Shown here piece by piece: positions 9,200 to 19,039 of a stretch of 64,000 nucleotides of DNA. Origin of the DNA: an uncultured Actinomycetes bacterium. GTDB lineage: Bacteria > Actinomycetota > Actinomycetes > Mycobacteriales > Jatrophihabitantaceae. Location: contig CAVTEA010000016.1 of assembly GCA_963733615.1 (NCBI GenBank), positions 10,186 through 74,185 on the forward strand. The letters are read 5' to 3'. Positions within the stretch are counted from its first letter, which is position 1; every line of letters starts with the position of its first letter. A model generated the notes under the pieces. The model saw nothing but the letters and a program-made list of their open reading frames with translations. It was not told where the DNA came from and did no database searches. The translations under genes were made by a program, and so were the position numbers.

Positions 9200-9789
9200 A
9201 ACCCGCCCGAGGGTGCGGTGGTGCTGTGCGTGGATGAGAAGTCCCAGGTGCAGGCGCTGGCCCGCTCCCAGCCGGCGTTCCCGATGATGCCCGGCATGCC
9301 CGAGAAGCGGACCCACAACTACATCCGACACGGGGTCACCAGCCTGTTCGCGGCGTTCAACACCGCCGACGGCACCGTGATCAGCTCACTGCACCGCCGG
9401 CACCGCACGATCGAGTTCCGCAAGTTCCTCACCAAGATCGACACCGAAGTCCCCGCCCACCTCGACGTGCACCTGGTCTGCGACAACTACGGCACCCACA
9501 AGAGCCCGGCGATCAAGAAATGGCTCGCGAGCCATCCCCGCTTCCACATGCACCACACCCCGACCTACTCCAGCTGGCTCAACCAGGTCGAACGCTGGTT
9601 CGCCTACCTCACCAGCGACCTGCTCCAACGCGGCGACCACCGCAGCGTCCACGCCCTCGAAACCGACATCCGCTCCTGGGTCAAAGCCTGGAACACCAAC
9701 CCCAAACCCTTCATCTGGACCAAGACCGCCGAACAGATCCTCGAATCACTCGCCCGACTTATCGCACGAATTAATGGCGCGGGACACTA
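9200..9789 (+). mobile_element. Truncated IS630-family element: only the C-terminal DDE half of the transposase plus the right terminal inverted repeat and flanking TA
   Basis: ORF 9218..9790 ([29 protein letters not shown]...DNYGTHKSP...SWLNQVERWF) is collinear with the second half of the IS630 copy at 14583..15729. It has the same right end, CACGAATTAATGGCGCGGGACAC-TA. The N-terminal HTH half and the left IR are missing. Confidence 0.85.
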
Positions 9790-9813
9790 GGTGGTGATGA
9801 GCGGGCGTTACTT

Positions 9814-10587
9814 CTACAGTCGCCGGACGCGAAGTACGCCGGTTCGCAATGGCAGGGTGAACTCGCCGCGAGCGGTCTCTGGTCTGCTCGCGAGGCAGGC
9901 ACGGATGCGCTTCAGCGTGGCGTCACGCTCTCGCCCCGGCATGAGAAGCATCCCCGCCCTGGTCGCGAGTGTTGCCACGAGAGAGTCGGCGGTGCGGCGC
10001 TGCCCGTGCGGGAACTCGGCCTGCTCGGACGAACCGAACCGGGCGCGCCTGCCACCGCTCGGAAGGTGCAGGTTTGCCGTCGCGGAACGCCAGCTGCTAC
10101 GTGTGTCGCGCGGACCGATCGCCGCACTCCCGCTGACTCGTTCGAGCACGGCTACCCAGTCGACCCGGTCGTCGACGACGTTCCACAGGCCGGCCAGAAT
10201 CCCGCCGGGTGCGAGAACCCTGGCGATCTCGGGTCCTGCGACGTCCATGTCGAACCAGCGCATGGCATTGCCAGCTACGACGGCGTCAACGGACGCGTCC
10301 GGAAGGGGGATCGTCTCCGCACGACCGGCCAGGGCACCAACCGTCGGCAGCGTCCGCCGCAGCTCGGCCAGCATCGCTGGATCAGGCTCGACCGCGATGG
10401 CTTCGAAGCCCAGCTCGACCAGCGTGGCGGTCAGCTTGCCTGTTCCGGCGCCGAGATCGAGCACCCGCGATCCGGGCGCGGACCCGAGCGCCCACTGCAC
10501 CGCGGCCCGCGCGTAGTCCGGGCGGTGCTCGGCATATGCGGCCGCCGCTATGCCGAACGGCGAGCCGTGGGACGGCTTGCCCGGCAC
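9814..10587 (-). CDS. Class I SAM-dependent methyltransferase
   Basis: 257-aa ORF with SAM-binding motif VLDLGAGTGKLT and a Methyltransf_11-like core (DAVVAGNAMRWFD, LAPGGILAG). Confidence 0.85.
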   Translation of the reverse strand: MPGKPSHGSPFGIAAAAYAEHRPDYARAAVQWALGSAPGSRVLDLGAGTGKLTATLVELGFEAIAVEPDPAMLAELRRTLPTVGALAGRAETIPLPDASVDAVVAGNAMRWFDMDVAGPEIARVLAPGGILAGLWNVVDDRVDWVAVLERVSGSAAIGPRDTRSSWRSATANLHLPSGGRRARFGSSEQAEFPHGQRRTADSLVATLATRAGMLLMPGRERDATLKRIRACLASRPETARGEFTLPLRTGVLRVRRL

Positions 10588-11417
10588 CAGCTGTGTCGTT
10601 CATCGTGTGATCCCTTCCGAGTCGCGAAGGCTCGGCGTCGCCGTGGCTTGGTGGGCTGCCAGCGAAACGATGCACGTGCGGTGAGTGCGCTGGCGAGCGT
10701 CCACGCCGCGAGGATCAGCAGGTCGCGGGTCGGTAGGGCGGCATCGCGGATGGCGTGCTGCGTAGCGTCAACGATCGGTTGAACGGGCAGGTAGCCGGCG
10801 AGCGTGGTCAGCCAGTGGGGTTCGGTAGGCAGCGGCCCGAAGACGCCGGAGATGAGGACGACTGGCAGATAGGTCAGGCCGAGGATGGGGAATGCGCTGG
10901 CCACTGTTGGGATGAACCCGGTAACGGCGGTGGTGCAGGCCGCGCAGGTGAGGGCACCGAGGGTCAGTGCTGCGACCACGACGGCCGCCTGCGCGGGGCC
11001 GAGGTGGGTCGCGAACAGCAGGACACCGGTCAGCACGGTGATCGTTGCAGCCATCACGCCGACGAGCATGCTGGCTGCGACCCGACCGGCGAGATGGCAC
11101 CAGGTGGGCAACGGCGCGGCCCGCCATCGCTTGAGAACACCGGCCTCGCGGGCTGCGACGAGGCCGATGCCGTGCGCGGTCCAGGTGGTCATGGTGAGGC
11201 CCAGAGTTGCGTATCCCGCCAGACGCGAGACCGGCAGGTGTCCCCGTGTCGTGCCGGCGAGCAGCAGCAGTAGCACCGGTAGGACCATCCCGGTGCTGAC
11301 CGCGCGTGGCGTGCGCAGCAGTTGGCGGAGGTGGTGGCGCAGCTGCCCGAGCAGCAGGTCCGGGACGCGGGGCAGCGCACGGGTCGCCGGATCAGGCGAC
11401 ATGATCGGAGAAGGCAT
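10548..11417 (-). CDS. ABC-2 type transporter permease
   Basis: 289-aa polytopic ORF immediately downstream of and overlapping the ABC ATPase gene. About six hydrophobic segments. The C-terminal tail looks non-native, so the native stop may have been lost. Confidence 0.75.
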   Translation of the reverse strand: MPSPIMSPDPATRALPRVPDLLLGQLRHHLRQLLRTPRAVSTGMVLPVLLLLLAGTTRGHLPVSRLAGYATLGLTMTTWTAHGIGLVAAREAGVLKRWRAAPLPTWCHLAGRVAASMLVGVMAATITVLTGVLLFATHLGPAQAAVVVAALTLGALTCAACTTAVTGFIPTVASAFPILGLTYLPVVLISGVFGPLPTEPHWLTTLAGYLPVQPIVDATQHAIRDAALPTRDLLILAAWTLASALTARASFRWQPTKPRRRRAFATRKGSHDERHSWCRASRPTARRSA

Positions 11418-12336
11418 GCAGATCGGGCTCCGGGGTCATCGGTTGGTCGACGAGCGCGAGATAGGCGTCCTCGAGGCTGGGCGGACCGACCTGGACGCCG
11501 GACAGCGTCAGTCGATGCCGGTCCGCCCAGGCCAGCAGTTGGCGCAAGCACCCGGTGACATCGGGCGTGCGGATGTGCAATACCCGGTCGACGGGTCGGA
11601 CGTGCCCGGCGAGACCGGCCGGAAGGTTGTCGACCGGGGCGTGATCGGGCAGCGGGTACGTGATGGTGGCCGGCCCGCTGCGGGCGCGCAGCTCCGCCGG
11701 TGTCGTGTCGGCAGCAATCCGGCCGCCCGCCAGGATGATCAACCGGTCGGCCAGATGGTCGGCCTCGTCGAGATAGTGCGTGGTCAGCAGGACGGTCGCG
11801 CCGGCAGCGGTGATGTCCTCGATGGTGGCCCAGCATCGCCGACGCGCTTCCGGGTCGAGCCCGACCGTCGGTTCGTCGAGGAAAAGGATCTCCGGGCGAC
11901 CGATGACCGCAAGACCCAGATCGACGCGCCGCTGCTGTCCGCCGGACAGGGCGCCGACGCGCAAGGACTTCTCGGCGGTCAGATCGACGAGGTCGAGCAC
12001 CTCCGCGACCGGCCGCGGAGCGGCGTACAAGCCGGCGAACAGTGCCAGCAGTTCCTGCACCGTCGCGTCGCCGTCCAGGCTGGTCGACTGCAGAACCAGA
12101 CCAACCCTGGCTCGCCAGTCCCGACCGGCGCGGCTCGGTTCGGCGCCGAGCACCCGGACGCTTCCACTGGACGGTTCGACGAAACCCTCGAGCGCCTCGA
12201 TCGTCGTGGTCTTACCCGCACCGTTCGGACCCAGCACTGCCACCAGTTGACCCGCGGGAACCTCGAAGCTGATGCCGTCCACAGCCGTGGCCGCGCCGTA
12301 GCGTTTCGTCAGCTGCTCAACCGTGATCGCGTTCAT
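11392..12336 (-). CDS. ABC transporter ATP-binding protein (DrrA/ABC-2 exporter type)
   Basis: Walker A GPNGAGKTT, signature LSGGQQRR and Walker B LFLDEPTVGLD are present, with the C-terminal domain typical of DrrA-like ATPases. Confidence 0.9.
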   Translation of the reverse strand: MNAITVEQLTKRYGAATAVDGISFEVPAGQLVAVLGPNGAGKTTTIEALEGFVEPSSGSVRVLGAEPSRAGRDWRARVGLVLQSTSLDGDATVQELLALFAGLYAAPRPVAEVLDLVDLTAEKSLRVGALSGGQQRRVDLGLAVIGRPEILFLDEPTVGLDPEARRRCWATIEDITAAGATVLLTTHYLDEADHLADRLIILAGGRIAADTTPAELRARSGPATITYPLPDHAPVDNLPAGLAGHVRPVDRVLHIRTPDVTGCLRQLLAWADRHRLTLSGVQVGPPSLEDAYLALVDQPMTPEPDLHAFSDHVA

Positions 12337-12509
12337 GATGGCTTGCGGTCACTGCTCCGGCGCGTCGCCAGGCTGCCCGCGCTCCACACGAGCAGGGCGC
12401 CGCCGATGACCTCGAGCACGACCCGACCGGTAGCGATCCCGACGCCGAGCAGTACAGCCGCGAGCAGTGCCCGGACGGCGGGGTTCTGGATTCCGAATAA
12501 GCGAAGCAT
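12333..12509 (-). CDS. Small (58 aa) two-TM membrane protein, translationally coupled to the ABC ATPase
   Basis: Sequence MLRLFGIQNPAVRALLAAVLLGVGIATGRVVLEVIGGALLVWSAGSLATRRSSDRKPS. Its TGA overlaps the ATG of the ATPase gene (ATGA). The start was chosen at the internal ATG of track ORF 12333..12575. Confidence 0.5.
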   Translation of the reverse strand: MLRLFGIQNPAVRALLAAVLLGVGIATGRVVLEVIGGALLVWSAGSLATRRSSDRKPS

Positions 12510-12720
12510 CACGTTTCCTTGGGGCGTTGTGGATAGGCGCCTCCAAGGCTGCTCCGATGCGTCCTGCGGGCGCATCGGCGCTGAGGCTGATCTTGGCGGT
12601 GGTCATCGGGTCCAACTCTGGTTCGACACGGCGTCCAACCCTCGTGGGATCGCGCGGCATCGACTCCTGGATCGATGTCCGGCGGTTGGTCGAGGGCTTA
12701 TCCTCCGTGGGGTGGACAGC

Positions 12721-13905
12721 ATGTCGACGACCGCGCCGACTCTTGCGGATCTGCGCCAAGCTCGAGCACGTCAGGGCGTCGTCTGGCGGTGGCTGCGGCT
12801 GGTCGGGCCGGTGGTCGTCGCGTTGACGATCCTGGCGGTGGCTGAAACCAGACCGCATCCCAGTCTGCGCGGCGCTGGTCTGGCGATCTCCATCGCACTC
12901 GCCGCGTTCGGTGCCGGGGCCTTCGGTGCGCTCGCCGCCCGGGGCGGGGAGGGCTGGTTGAGACCGACGTTCGTGGGCGTGCTCGTCGCGGCGAGTGCGG
13001 TGCTCATCGGCCTGCAATCTGGCGGACCGGCCCTGCTGGGGCCGTTCGTCGCCCTGGCCATCGTGAGCCGACGGGTGCCCGCCCGCGTCGGCGTCGTTCT
13101 GACCGCGGCGGCTTTGGTGTTCGTGGTCGTCGACGCGACTCGGTCCACCGGCGCCCGACCGGCGCCTGCCGGGCTGGTGACCGGGATTGCGATGGCCGGC
13201 CTCTACGGCATAACCCTGCTGGCCCGGCGGCTCAGTGAGACCAATGAACGGGCCGAACAGCTGCTGATCGAACTCGATCGGACTCGCGAGGCGCAGGCCC
13301 GGGCGGCCGCGCTCGCGGAACGTCAACGGCTTGCGCGCGAGATGCACGACATCCTGGCTCACTCGTTGTCCGGCCTCACGCTCCAGCTCGAGGCTGCCCA
13401 CATCCTCGCGAGCACCCGCGACGACGACCGGTTGTCCGGGACGATCGAGCGCGCCCGTCATCTCGCCAAGTCCGGTCTGGACGAGGCCCGCCGGGCGATC
13501 GGCATGCTCCGCGGCGACGCGCTGCCCGGACCCGACCAGTTGCCCACGCTGTTCGCCAGGTTCGAGCAGGACACCGGCACGCCGTGCGAGTTCACCATCA
13601 CTGGGAACCGACGCCAACTCGGCTCTGAGGTATGTCTAACCCTGTTCCGGGTCGCGCAGGAATCGCTGACCAACATCGCCAAGCACGCACGTGCCGCTCG
13701 CGTGACGGCGACGCTTGCCTACGCGCCGGACCGGGCGCGGCTCACAGTCGAGGACCACGCGCTGGACGGCGGTGGCCCGTTAGCGGTGGGTGAAACAGGC
13801 TACGGGCTCAGCGGCATGCGCGAACGTGCGGAACTGCTCGGCGGCACCCTGACGGCCGGCAGTACGAGATCGGGTTTCCTGGTCGAACTCGAGATTCCGG
13901 CATGA
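12721..13905 (+). CDS. Sensor histidine kinase (HisKA_3 / NarL-partner type)
   Basis: In-frame ATG at 12721 within track ORF 10885..13905. N-terminal TM segments are present. H-box EMHDILAHSLSGL, N-box ESLTNIAKHA and G-box GYGLSGMRERAELLGG are present. Confidence 0.9.
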   Translation: MSTTAPTLADLRQARARQGVVWRWLRLVGPVVVALTILAVAETRPHPSLRGAGLAISIALAAFGAGAFGALAARGGEGWLRPTFVGVLVAASAVLIGLQSGGPALLGPFVALAIVSRRVPARVGVVLTAAALVFVVVDATRSTGARPAPAGLVTGIAMAGLYGITLLARRLSETNERAEQLLIELDRTREAQARAAALAERQRLAREMHDILAHSLSGLTLQLEAAHILASTRDDDRLSGTIERARHLAKSGLDEARRAIGMLRGDALPGPDQLPTLFARFEQDTGTPCEFTITGNRRQLGSEVCLTLFRVAQESLTNIAKHARAARVTATLAYAPDRARLTVEDHALDGGGPLAVGETGYGLSGMRERAELLGGTLTAGSTRSGFLVELEIPA

Positions 13906-14585
13906 GCGACCTGATCCGGGTCCTTGCCGTCGACGACCAGCGGGTCGTCCGCGAAGGCCTGGTGCTTCTGCTCGGCCTGCTGCCTGACGTCGAGGTCGTC
14001 GGAACCGCCGCGGACGGCGACGAAGCCGTCGCACAGGTCGGCGAACTGCACCCGGACGTGGTGCTCATGGACCTGCGCATGCCGCACTGCGACGGCGTCG
14101 AGGCCACCCGCCAACTCAGCGAAACACACTCCGACGTCAAGGTCATCGTGCTCACCACTTACGCCGACGACCAATCGGTCATCGCCGCGCTGCGCGCCGG
14201 CGCGCGCGGCTATCTCACCAAGGACGCCGGAGCCACCGAGATCCAGCACGCGCTGCAGCAAGTTGTCGTTGCCGACCGGGCCGTCATCGACCCAGCAGTG
14301 CAGCACCACCTCGTCGATACCATCGTGCGCAAGAAACCGGCCGGTCACACCACGCAAGCGACGGCGCCCGGCGGCCTGACCCCACGCGAACTCGAAGTAC
14401 TCACCCACATCGCCGAAGGCCGGCCCAACACCGACATCGCCACCCGCCTGGTGATCAGCGAAGCCACCGTCAAAAGCCACATCAATCACCTACTCGCCAA
14501 GATCGGCGCCCGGGACCGCGCCGGCGCCGTCAGCTACGCCTACCAACACGGACTCCTCCCCCGCCGCGGTGACGCGGACGGCTAG
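13902..14585 (+). CDS. NarL/LuxR-family response regulator
   Basis: Receiver domain (VLAVDDQ...DVVLMDLRMP...K) plus LuxR HTH LTPRELEVLTHIAEGRPNTDIATRLVISEATVKSHINHLLAKIG. The gene is ATGA-coupled to the kinase. Confidence 0.9.
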   Translation: MSDLIRVLAVDDQRVVREGLVLLLGLLPDVEVVGTAADGDEAVAQVGELHPDVVLMDLRMPHCDGVEATRQLSETHSDVKVIVLTTYADDQSVIAALRAGARGYLTKDAGATEIQHALQQVVVADRAVIDPAVQHHLVDTIVRKKPAGHTTQATAPGGLTPRELEVLTHIAEGRPNTDIATRLVISEATVKSHINHLLAKIGARDRAGAVSYAYQHGLLPRRGDADG

Positions 14586-15729
14586 TGTCCCGCGCCATTA
14601 ATTCGTGGTGATAAGTTGTAGGTTGAGGCGTGGCGAGGACGGGGCGGCCGAAGCCGAGTTGGTGTTGAGCTGATGGTCGAGCGCGTGCAGTTGGTGCGGT
14701 GGGCGCGGCGGCGAAGTCGGCGGCAGGCGTTGGCACTTGCGGTCGCGGATCGTGTTGGCGAGTGCGCGGCCGGGGCGGCCGAACAAGAGGTGGCGGCGGA
14801 TTTGGGGTGGCGCCGAGCACCGTAGGCAAGTGGCGTCGTCGGTTCGTCGCGGATCGTCTGGACGGGCTGGCGGACGAACCGCGGCCTGGGCGGCCGCCAT
14901 CGATCACGCGCGGATCAGGTCGAGGACGTCGTGGTCGCCACGCTGGAGTCCACTCCGAAGAACGCGACGCACTGGTCGCGGGCGATCGATGGCGGAGAGA
15001 GCGGGCTGTCCGCCTCGACGATCGGGCGGATCTGGCAGGCGTTCGAGCTCAAGCCCCACCGCGCCGAGACGTTCAAACTGTCGAAGGACCCGCTTGTTCG
15101 TGGACAAGGTCTACGACGTCGTCGGGCTGTACCTCAACCCGCCCGAGGGTGCGGTGGTGCTGTGGGTCGACGAGAAGTCGCCAGGTTCAGGCGCTGGCCC
15201 GCTCCCAGCCGGCGTTCCCGATGATGCCCGGCATGCCCGAGAAGCGGACCCACGACTACGTCCGGCACGGCGTCACCAGCCTGTTCGCGGCGTTCAACAC
15301 CGCCGACGGCACCGTGATCTCGCTCCTGCACCGCCGGCATCGCACCATCGAGTTCCGAAGTTCCTGATCAAGATCGACACCGAGGTCCCCGCACGACCTC
15401 GACGTCCACCTGGTCTGCGACAACTACGGCACCCACAAGACCCCGGCGATCACGCAACTGGCTGGCCGCGCCATCCCCGCTTCCACATGCACTTCACCCC
15501 GACCTATTCCAGCTGGATCAACCAGGTCGAACGCTGGTTCGCCTACCTCACCGACGAACTCATCCGGCGCGGCGACCACCGCTCCGTCCAGGCCCTCGAG
15601 AACCGACATCCGCGACTGGGTCAAAGCCTGGAACACCGACCCCAAACCCTTCATCTGGACCAAGACCGCCGAACAGATCCTCGAATCACTCGGACGACTT
15701 ATCGCACGAATTAATGGCGCAGGACACTA
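14583..15729 (+). mobile_element. IS630-family insertion sequence with both terminal inverted repeats and a TA target duplication; the transposase gene carries multiple frameshifts (pseudogene)
   Basis: The left end is TA-GTGTCCCGCGCCATTAATTCGTG and the right end is CACGAATTAATGGCGCAGGACAC-TA. Transposase pieces are spread over three frames (ORFs 14699.., 14737.., 14931..), e.g. [33 protein letters not shown] and [17 protein letters not shown]. Confidence 0.9.
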
Positions 15730-15804
15730 GATGAGTGAGTCCTTTTGCTATTGAGGGCGTGTCGCTGTTCGGAGGGGTAGGCGGAGGGCGTCGAAGATCA
15801 TTTT

Positions 15805-16625
15805 GTGACGAACGACCTGGACGCCCTCCTGACCGCACTCTACGTCGATCTTGATGACCGTGTCCTGCCCGCGCTGGGCTGCTCGCGTGAGCATCTGCCT
15901 GGTCGTAAGCCTCGGTTGAGCGATGCCGAGTTGATCTGTCTGGCGGTGGCGCAGCAGTTGCTCGGGGTCGCTTCGGAGCGGCGCTGGGTCCGCTACGCCC
16001 GCGCCCACCTGCGCGGGTTGTTCCCGTATCTGCCCGAGCAGTCCGGCTACGGCAAGCGGCTGCGCGCGCTGGGTGGGCTGCTGGCGGCGGTGATCACCGA
16101 ACTGGCCCGTGACACCCCCTCGTGGTTCGACGAGCTTCGGCTGCTCGATTCGACTCCGCTGCCGTGCGCCGCGTCGCGGGAGACGGTCAGACGCTCCGAG
16201 CTGGCCGGGCACGCCGGATACGGCTACTGCGCTTCGCATTCCCGTTTCTTCTGGGGGTTTCGGCTCTACCTGATCGCCGCCCCGGACGGGATGCCGATCA
16301 TCTGGGGCCTGGCCAACCCGAAACTCGGCGAACGTGAAGTCACCCAAGCCCTACTCACCCACGACAGCCACCTGATCCGTTCCGGCCAGATCATCCTGGG
16401 CGACAAGGGCTTCGCAGGGCGGGACTTTGAAGCGTTCGTGCGAGACGAACTCGACGCGCACCTGCTGCGCCCAGACCGCAAAAACGAACCAGCCCGGCAC
16501 GGCAAACTCGCCCGCGTGCGGCAATGGATCGAAGCCATCTTCGACACCCTCAAAGGACAACTCACCCTCGAACAACACGCCGGGCGAACCCTGTCCGGCG
16601 TCTACGCCCGCGTCGCCGCACGACT
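15805..16625 (+). pseudogene. IS982-family transposase, C-terminally truncated
   Basis: Matches the IS982 pattern: LDALLTALYVDLDD...LSDAELICLAVAQQLLG...AGYGYCASHSRFFWGFRLYL...GDKGFAGRDFE...RQWIEAIFDTLKGQLTLEQHAGRT. The similarity ends near 16625, where the ORF runs into unrelated sequence. Confidence 0.75.
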
Positions 16626-16699
16626 ACCGGGTCGACGGACCCCACGGCGATCAGTCGTGGGGCCACGACTGGGACTCGGCGTCGCTCACCCCGTTCAAG

Positions 16700-17170
16700 C
16701 GCGCTGGCCAACGCCCGCGGCCGCCGACGAGATCGTCGTCGACGCCGCGTAGGCCGAGCGCAGCGGTATCCGCGTGGGCTCGACGGTGACCGTTCAGGCG
16801 ACCGGCGCGACCAGCTCGGACCGGTCGTCGGCCTGACGACACCCAAGCACGAGCAGCCGGGCCTGCCGTCGCAGTCGTCCGTCTTCTTCTCCCCCGCGCG
16901 GACGCGGCACTCGCGGGTCACCCGGGTCGGGTGGCCGCTCTGGGCGTGTGTCCCGCGCGGGGTACGGATCCGGCGACGTTCGCCTCCACCGTCCGCCGCG
17001 TGTGCTGGCCAGCGCGCCGGTCACCGTGCCGTCGGGGACGGCCCGCGGAGATGCGGGGTTCCCGGCAGCCGCCGACGCCAAGGCAGTGCTGGTCAGTATC
17101 GCCGGCGCGCTCGCGGCAACGTCGCTGTTGATGGCTGTCCTCGTGGTCGTCGGGGTGCCTATCTCGGCAG
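16700..17170 (+). pseudogene. Probable remnant of an FtsX/MacB-type ABC transporter permease, frameshifted and truncated at both ends
   Basis: Peptides typical of actinobacterial FtsX permeases appear in different frames: RWPTPAAADEIVVDAA, ERSGIRVGSTVTVQATG, GTDPATFASTVRRV, APVTVPSGTARGDAGFPAAADAKAVLVSIAGALAATSLLMAVLVVVG. Confidence 0.35.
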
Positions 17171-17187
17171 CCACGGTCGCCGGGTTG

Positions 17188-17859
17188 CTAATTTTGGCCG
17201 GCGACGACGAGTCCACTCTCGTAGGCGATGACGACCAGTTGTGCGCGGTCGCGGGCGTCCAGTTTGGCTAGTAGCCGACTGACGTGGGTTTTGATGGTGG
17301 TGACGCCGAGGGTCAAGAGGTCGGCGATCTCGGCGTTGCTGCGTCCGGTGGCGACCTGTCGCAGCACTTCGCGTTCGCGGTCGGTCACCGTGGCCAACCG
17401 GGAGGTGTCCGGTGCGGCCGTCGGGGCGCGGCGGACGAACTCGGCGACGAGGCGTCGGGTGATCGCGGGAGTGAGCAGCGCCTCGCCCTGTGCGACGACG
17501 CGGATCGCGTCGAGCAGTTGCTCGGGCTGGGTGTCTTTGAGGATGAATCCGCTGGCGCCCGAGCGCAATGCAGCGAACACGTGCTCGTCTTGGTCGAAGG
17601 TGGTTACCACGATCACCCGCGGCGCATCGCCGGCGGTGTTGAGCAGGTGCCGGGTGGCCTCCAGGCCGTCCATGACCGGCATGCGGATGTCCATCAGCAC
17701 AATCTCGGGGGAGCTCTGCCGGGTCAGTTGCACCGCCTGCGCGCCGTTGGACGCCTCACCCACGACACACAGATCGTCTGCCGCTTCGATCAGGGCGCGG
17801 AATCCTGCCCGGACGAGGGCCTCGTCGTCGGCGATCAGCACCCGGATCTCATCGCTCAT
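17188..17859 (-). CDS. NarL/LuxR-family response regulator
   Basis: Receiver domain (IRVLIADDE...IVLMDIRMP) plus LuxR HTH VTDREREVLRQVATGRSNAEIADLLTLGVTTIKTHVSRLLAKLD. Confidence 0.9.
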   Translation of the reverse strand: MSDEIRVLIADDEALVRAGFRALIEAADDLCVVGEASNGAQAVQLTRQSSPEIVLMDIRMPVMDGLEATRHLLNTAGDAPRVIVVTTFDQDEHVFAALRSGASGFILKDTQPEQLLDAIRVVAQGEALLTPAITRRLVAEFVRRAPTAAPDTSRLATVTDREREVLRQVATGRSNAEIADLLTLGVTTIKTHVSRLLAKLDARDRAQLVVIAYESGLVVAGQN

Positions 17860-19039
17860 TGTCGCCTCCGGTCGGGAACGAGGCCGTCACGGCGAACCCG
17901 CCGCCCGGCCGCGGCCCGGCCTGCAGCGTGCCGCCGAACAGGGCCAGTCGTTCGCGCATGCCGACCAGGCCCAAACCCGTGCCCTGTCCCGTGCCGGAAC
18001 GGTTCGGTTCGGCGCGGCCGTCGTCGCATACCCGCACCCGAAGCTCACCCGGGTCGTGCTCGATATCGACGTTGGCCCGGGTGGCGATCGCATGCTTTAC
18101 CACGTTGGTCAACGCCTCCTGTACGACACGGAATGCAGAGGCCTCGAGCAGCGGATCATAGCCACGGGCCTCGCCGATCTCGGTGTAGTCGACGGCCAGA
18201 CCCGCCGCTCGCGTCGCCTCGAGCAGACGGGCCAGGTCGGCCAGCCGCGGCTCGTCGAGCTCGCGGGTGGGCTCCTCACGGGTGCTGCGCAGCACCGCCC
18301 GCACCTCCTGCAGTGCCGACCGGCTGGTCGTCTCGATCGCGGACAGCGCCTGCGGAATCTGCTGCGGGTCGCGGTCGAGCAGTAGCCGCGCGACTCCGGC
18401 CCGAACGGCGATCACGCTCAGTGTGTGCGAGACGACATCGTGCACCTCCCGCGATACCCGCAGCCGTTCCTCGGCCCGGATCCGCGCATCGCGCTCCACG
18501 CCACGCTCGCGGCGTTGCTCGGCGAGGCGGCTGCGGGACTCGCGGGCCCGGCGCAGCGAGTCGCCCAACAACCAAGCCGGGATCGAAAATACCTGCACCG
18601 CGTCGTAGCTGAGCTCCGGATGCAGACGCAGTCCAACCCGGGACGCGGCATCGATCGCCACCAGCGACGACACCGACCACGCCAGCGAAGCGCGCCACCC
18701 CCGCCGGTCCGCGAGCGTGAACACCGCAACCGGCACAACGGGCCCCGCGTTGCTCACGAACGGCGTGAAACGCACACCGGTCAGCGCGGCACCTACCTCG
18801 ACTGCCGTCACCGCGGCCAGCGCGCCCACCGGCCACCTGCGCCGCACCGCCAGCGGCGCAACCGCCAGCACACCGAACACGGCAACCGCCACCCACAACC
18901 CCCGCCCATTGAACAGGGCTGGCGCCGTGAACCCCACGAACGAGGCTACGCAGATGCCGACGTCCACCGACGTCGGATGTCGATCTTGCGCGTCTACCAC
19001 CCGCCGGTACCACGAGGTCCGATCTGACACCGCCTGCAC
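17849..19039 (-). CDS. Sensor histidine kinase (HisKA_3 type)
   Basis: About five N-terminal TM segments. H-box EVHDVVSHTLSVI, N-box EALTNVVKHA and G-box GLGLVGMRERLALFGG are present. The gene overlaps the regulator gene by 11 nt. Confidence 0.9.
   Translation of the reverse strand: MQAVSDRTSWYRRVVDAQDRHPTSVDVGICVASFVGFTAPALFNGRGLWVAVAVFGVLAVAPLAVRRRWPVGALAAVTAVEVGAALTGVRFTPFVSNAGPVVPVAVFTLADRRGWRASLAWSVSSLVAIDAASRVGLRLHPELSYDAVQVFSIPAWLLGDSLRRARESRSRLAEQRRERGVERDARIRAEERLRVSREVHDVVSHTLSVIAVRAGVARLLLDRDPQQIPQALSAIETTSRSALQEVRAVLRSTREEPTRELDEPRLADLARLLEATRAAGLAVDYTEIGEARGYDPLLEASAFRVVQEALTNVVKHAIATRANVDIEHDPGELRVRVCDDGRAEPNRSGTGQGTGLGLVGMRERLALFGGTLQAGPRPGGGFAVTASFPTGGDNER

Noticed and set aside
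10885-13905. 1006-aa ORF spanning the ABC-2 locus and the histidine kinase
   Set aside because: The first ~610 codons run antisense to well-supported ABC ATPase and permease genes and encode Arg/Ala-rich nonsense. Only the part from the ATG at 12721 has kinase TM segments and H/N/G boxes.
14699-15714. Programmed -1 frameshift in the IS630 transposase (as in some IS families)
   Set aside because: More than two frame changes are required, at scattered positions without slippery heptamers. The truncated copy at 9218..9790 reads the homologous region in a single frame. The copy is simply decayed.
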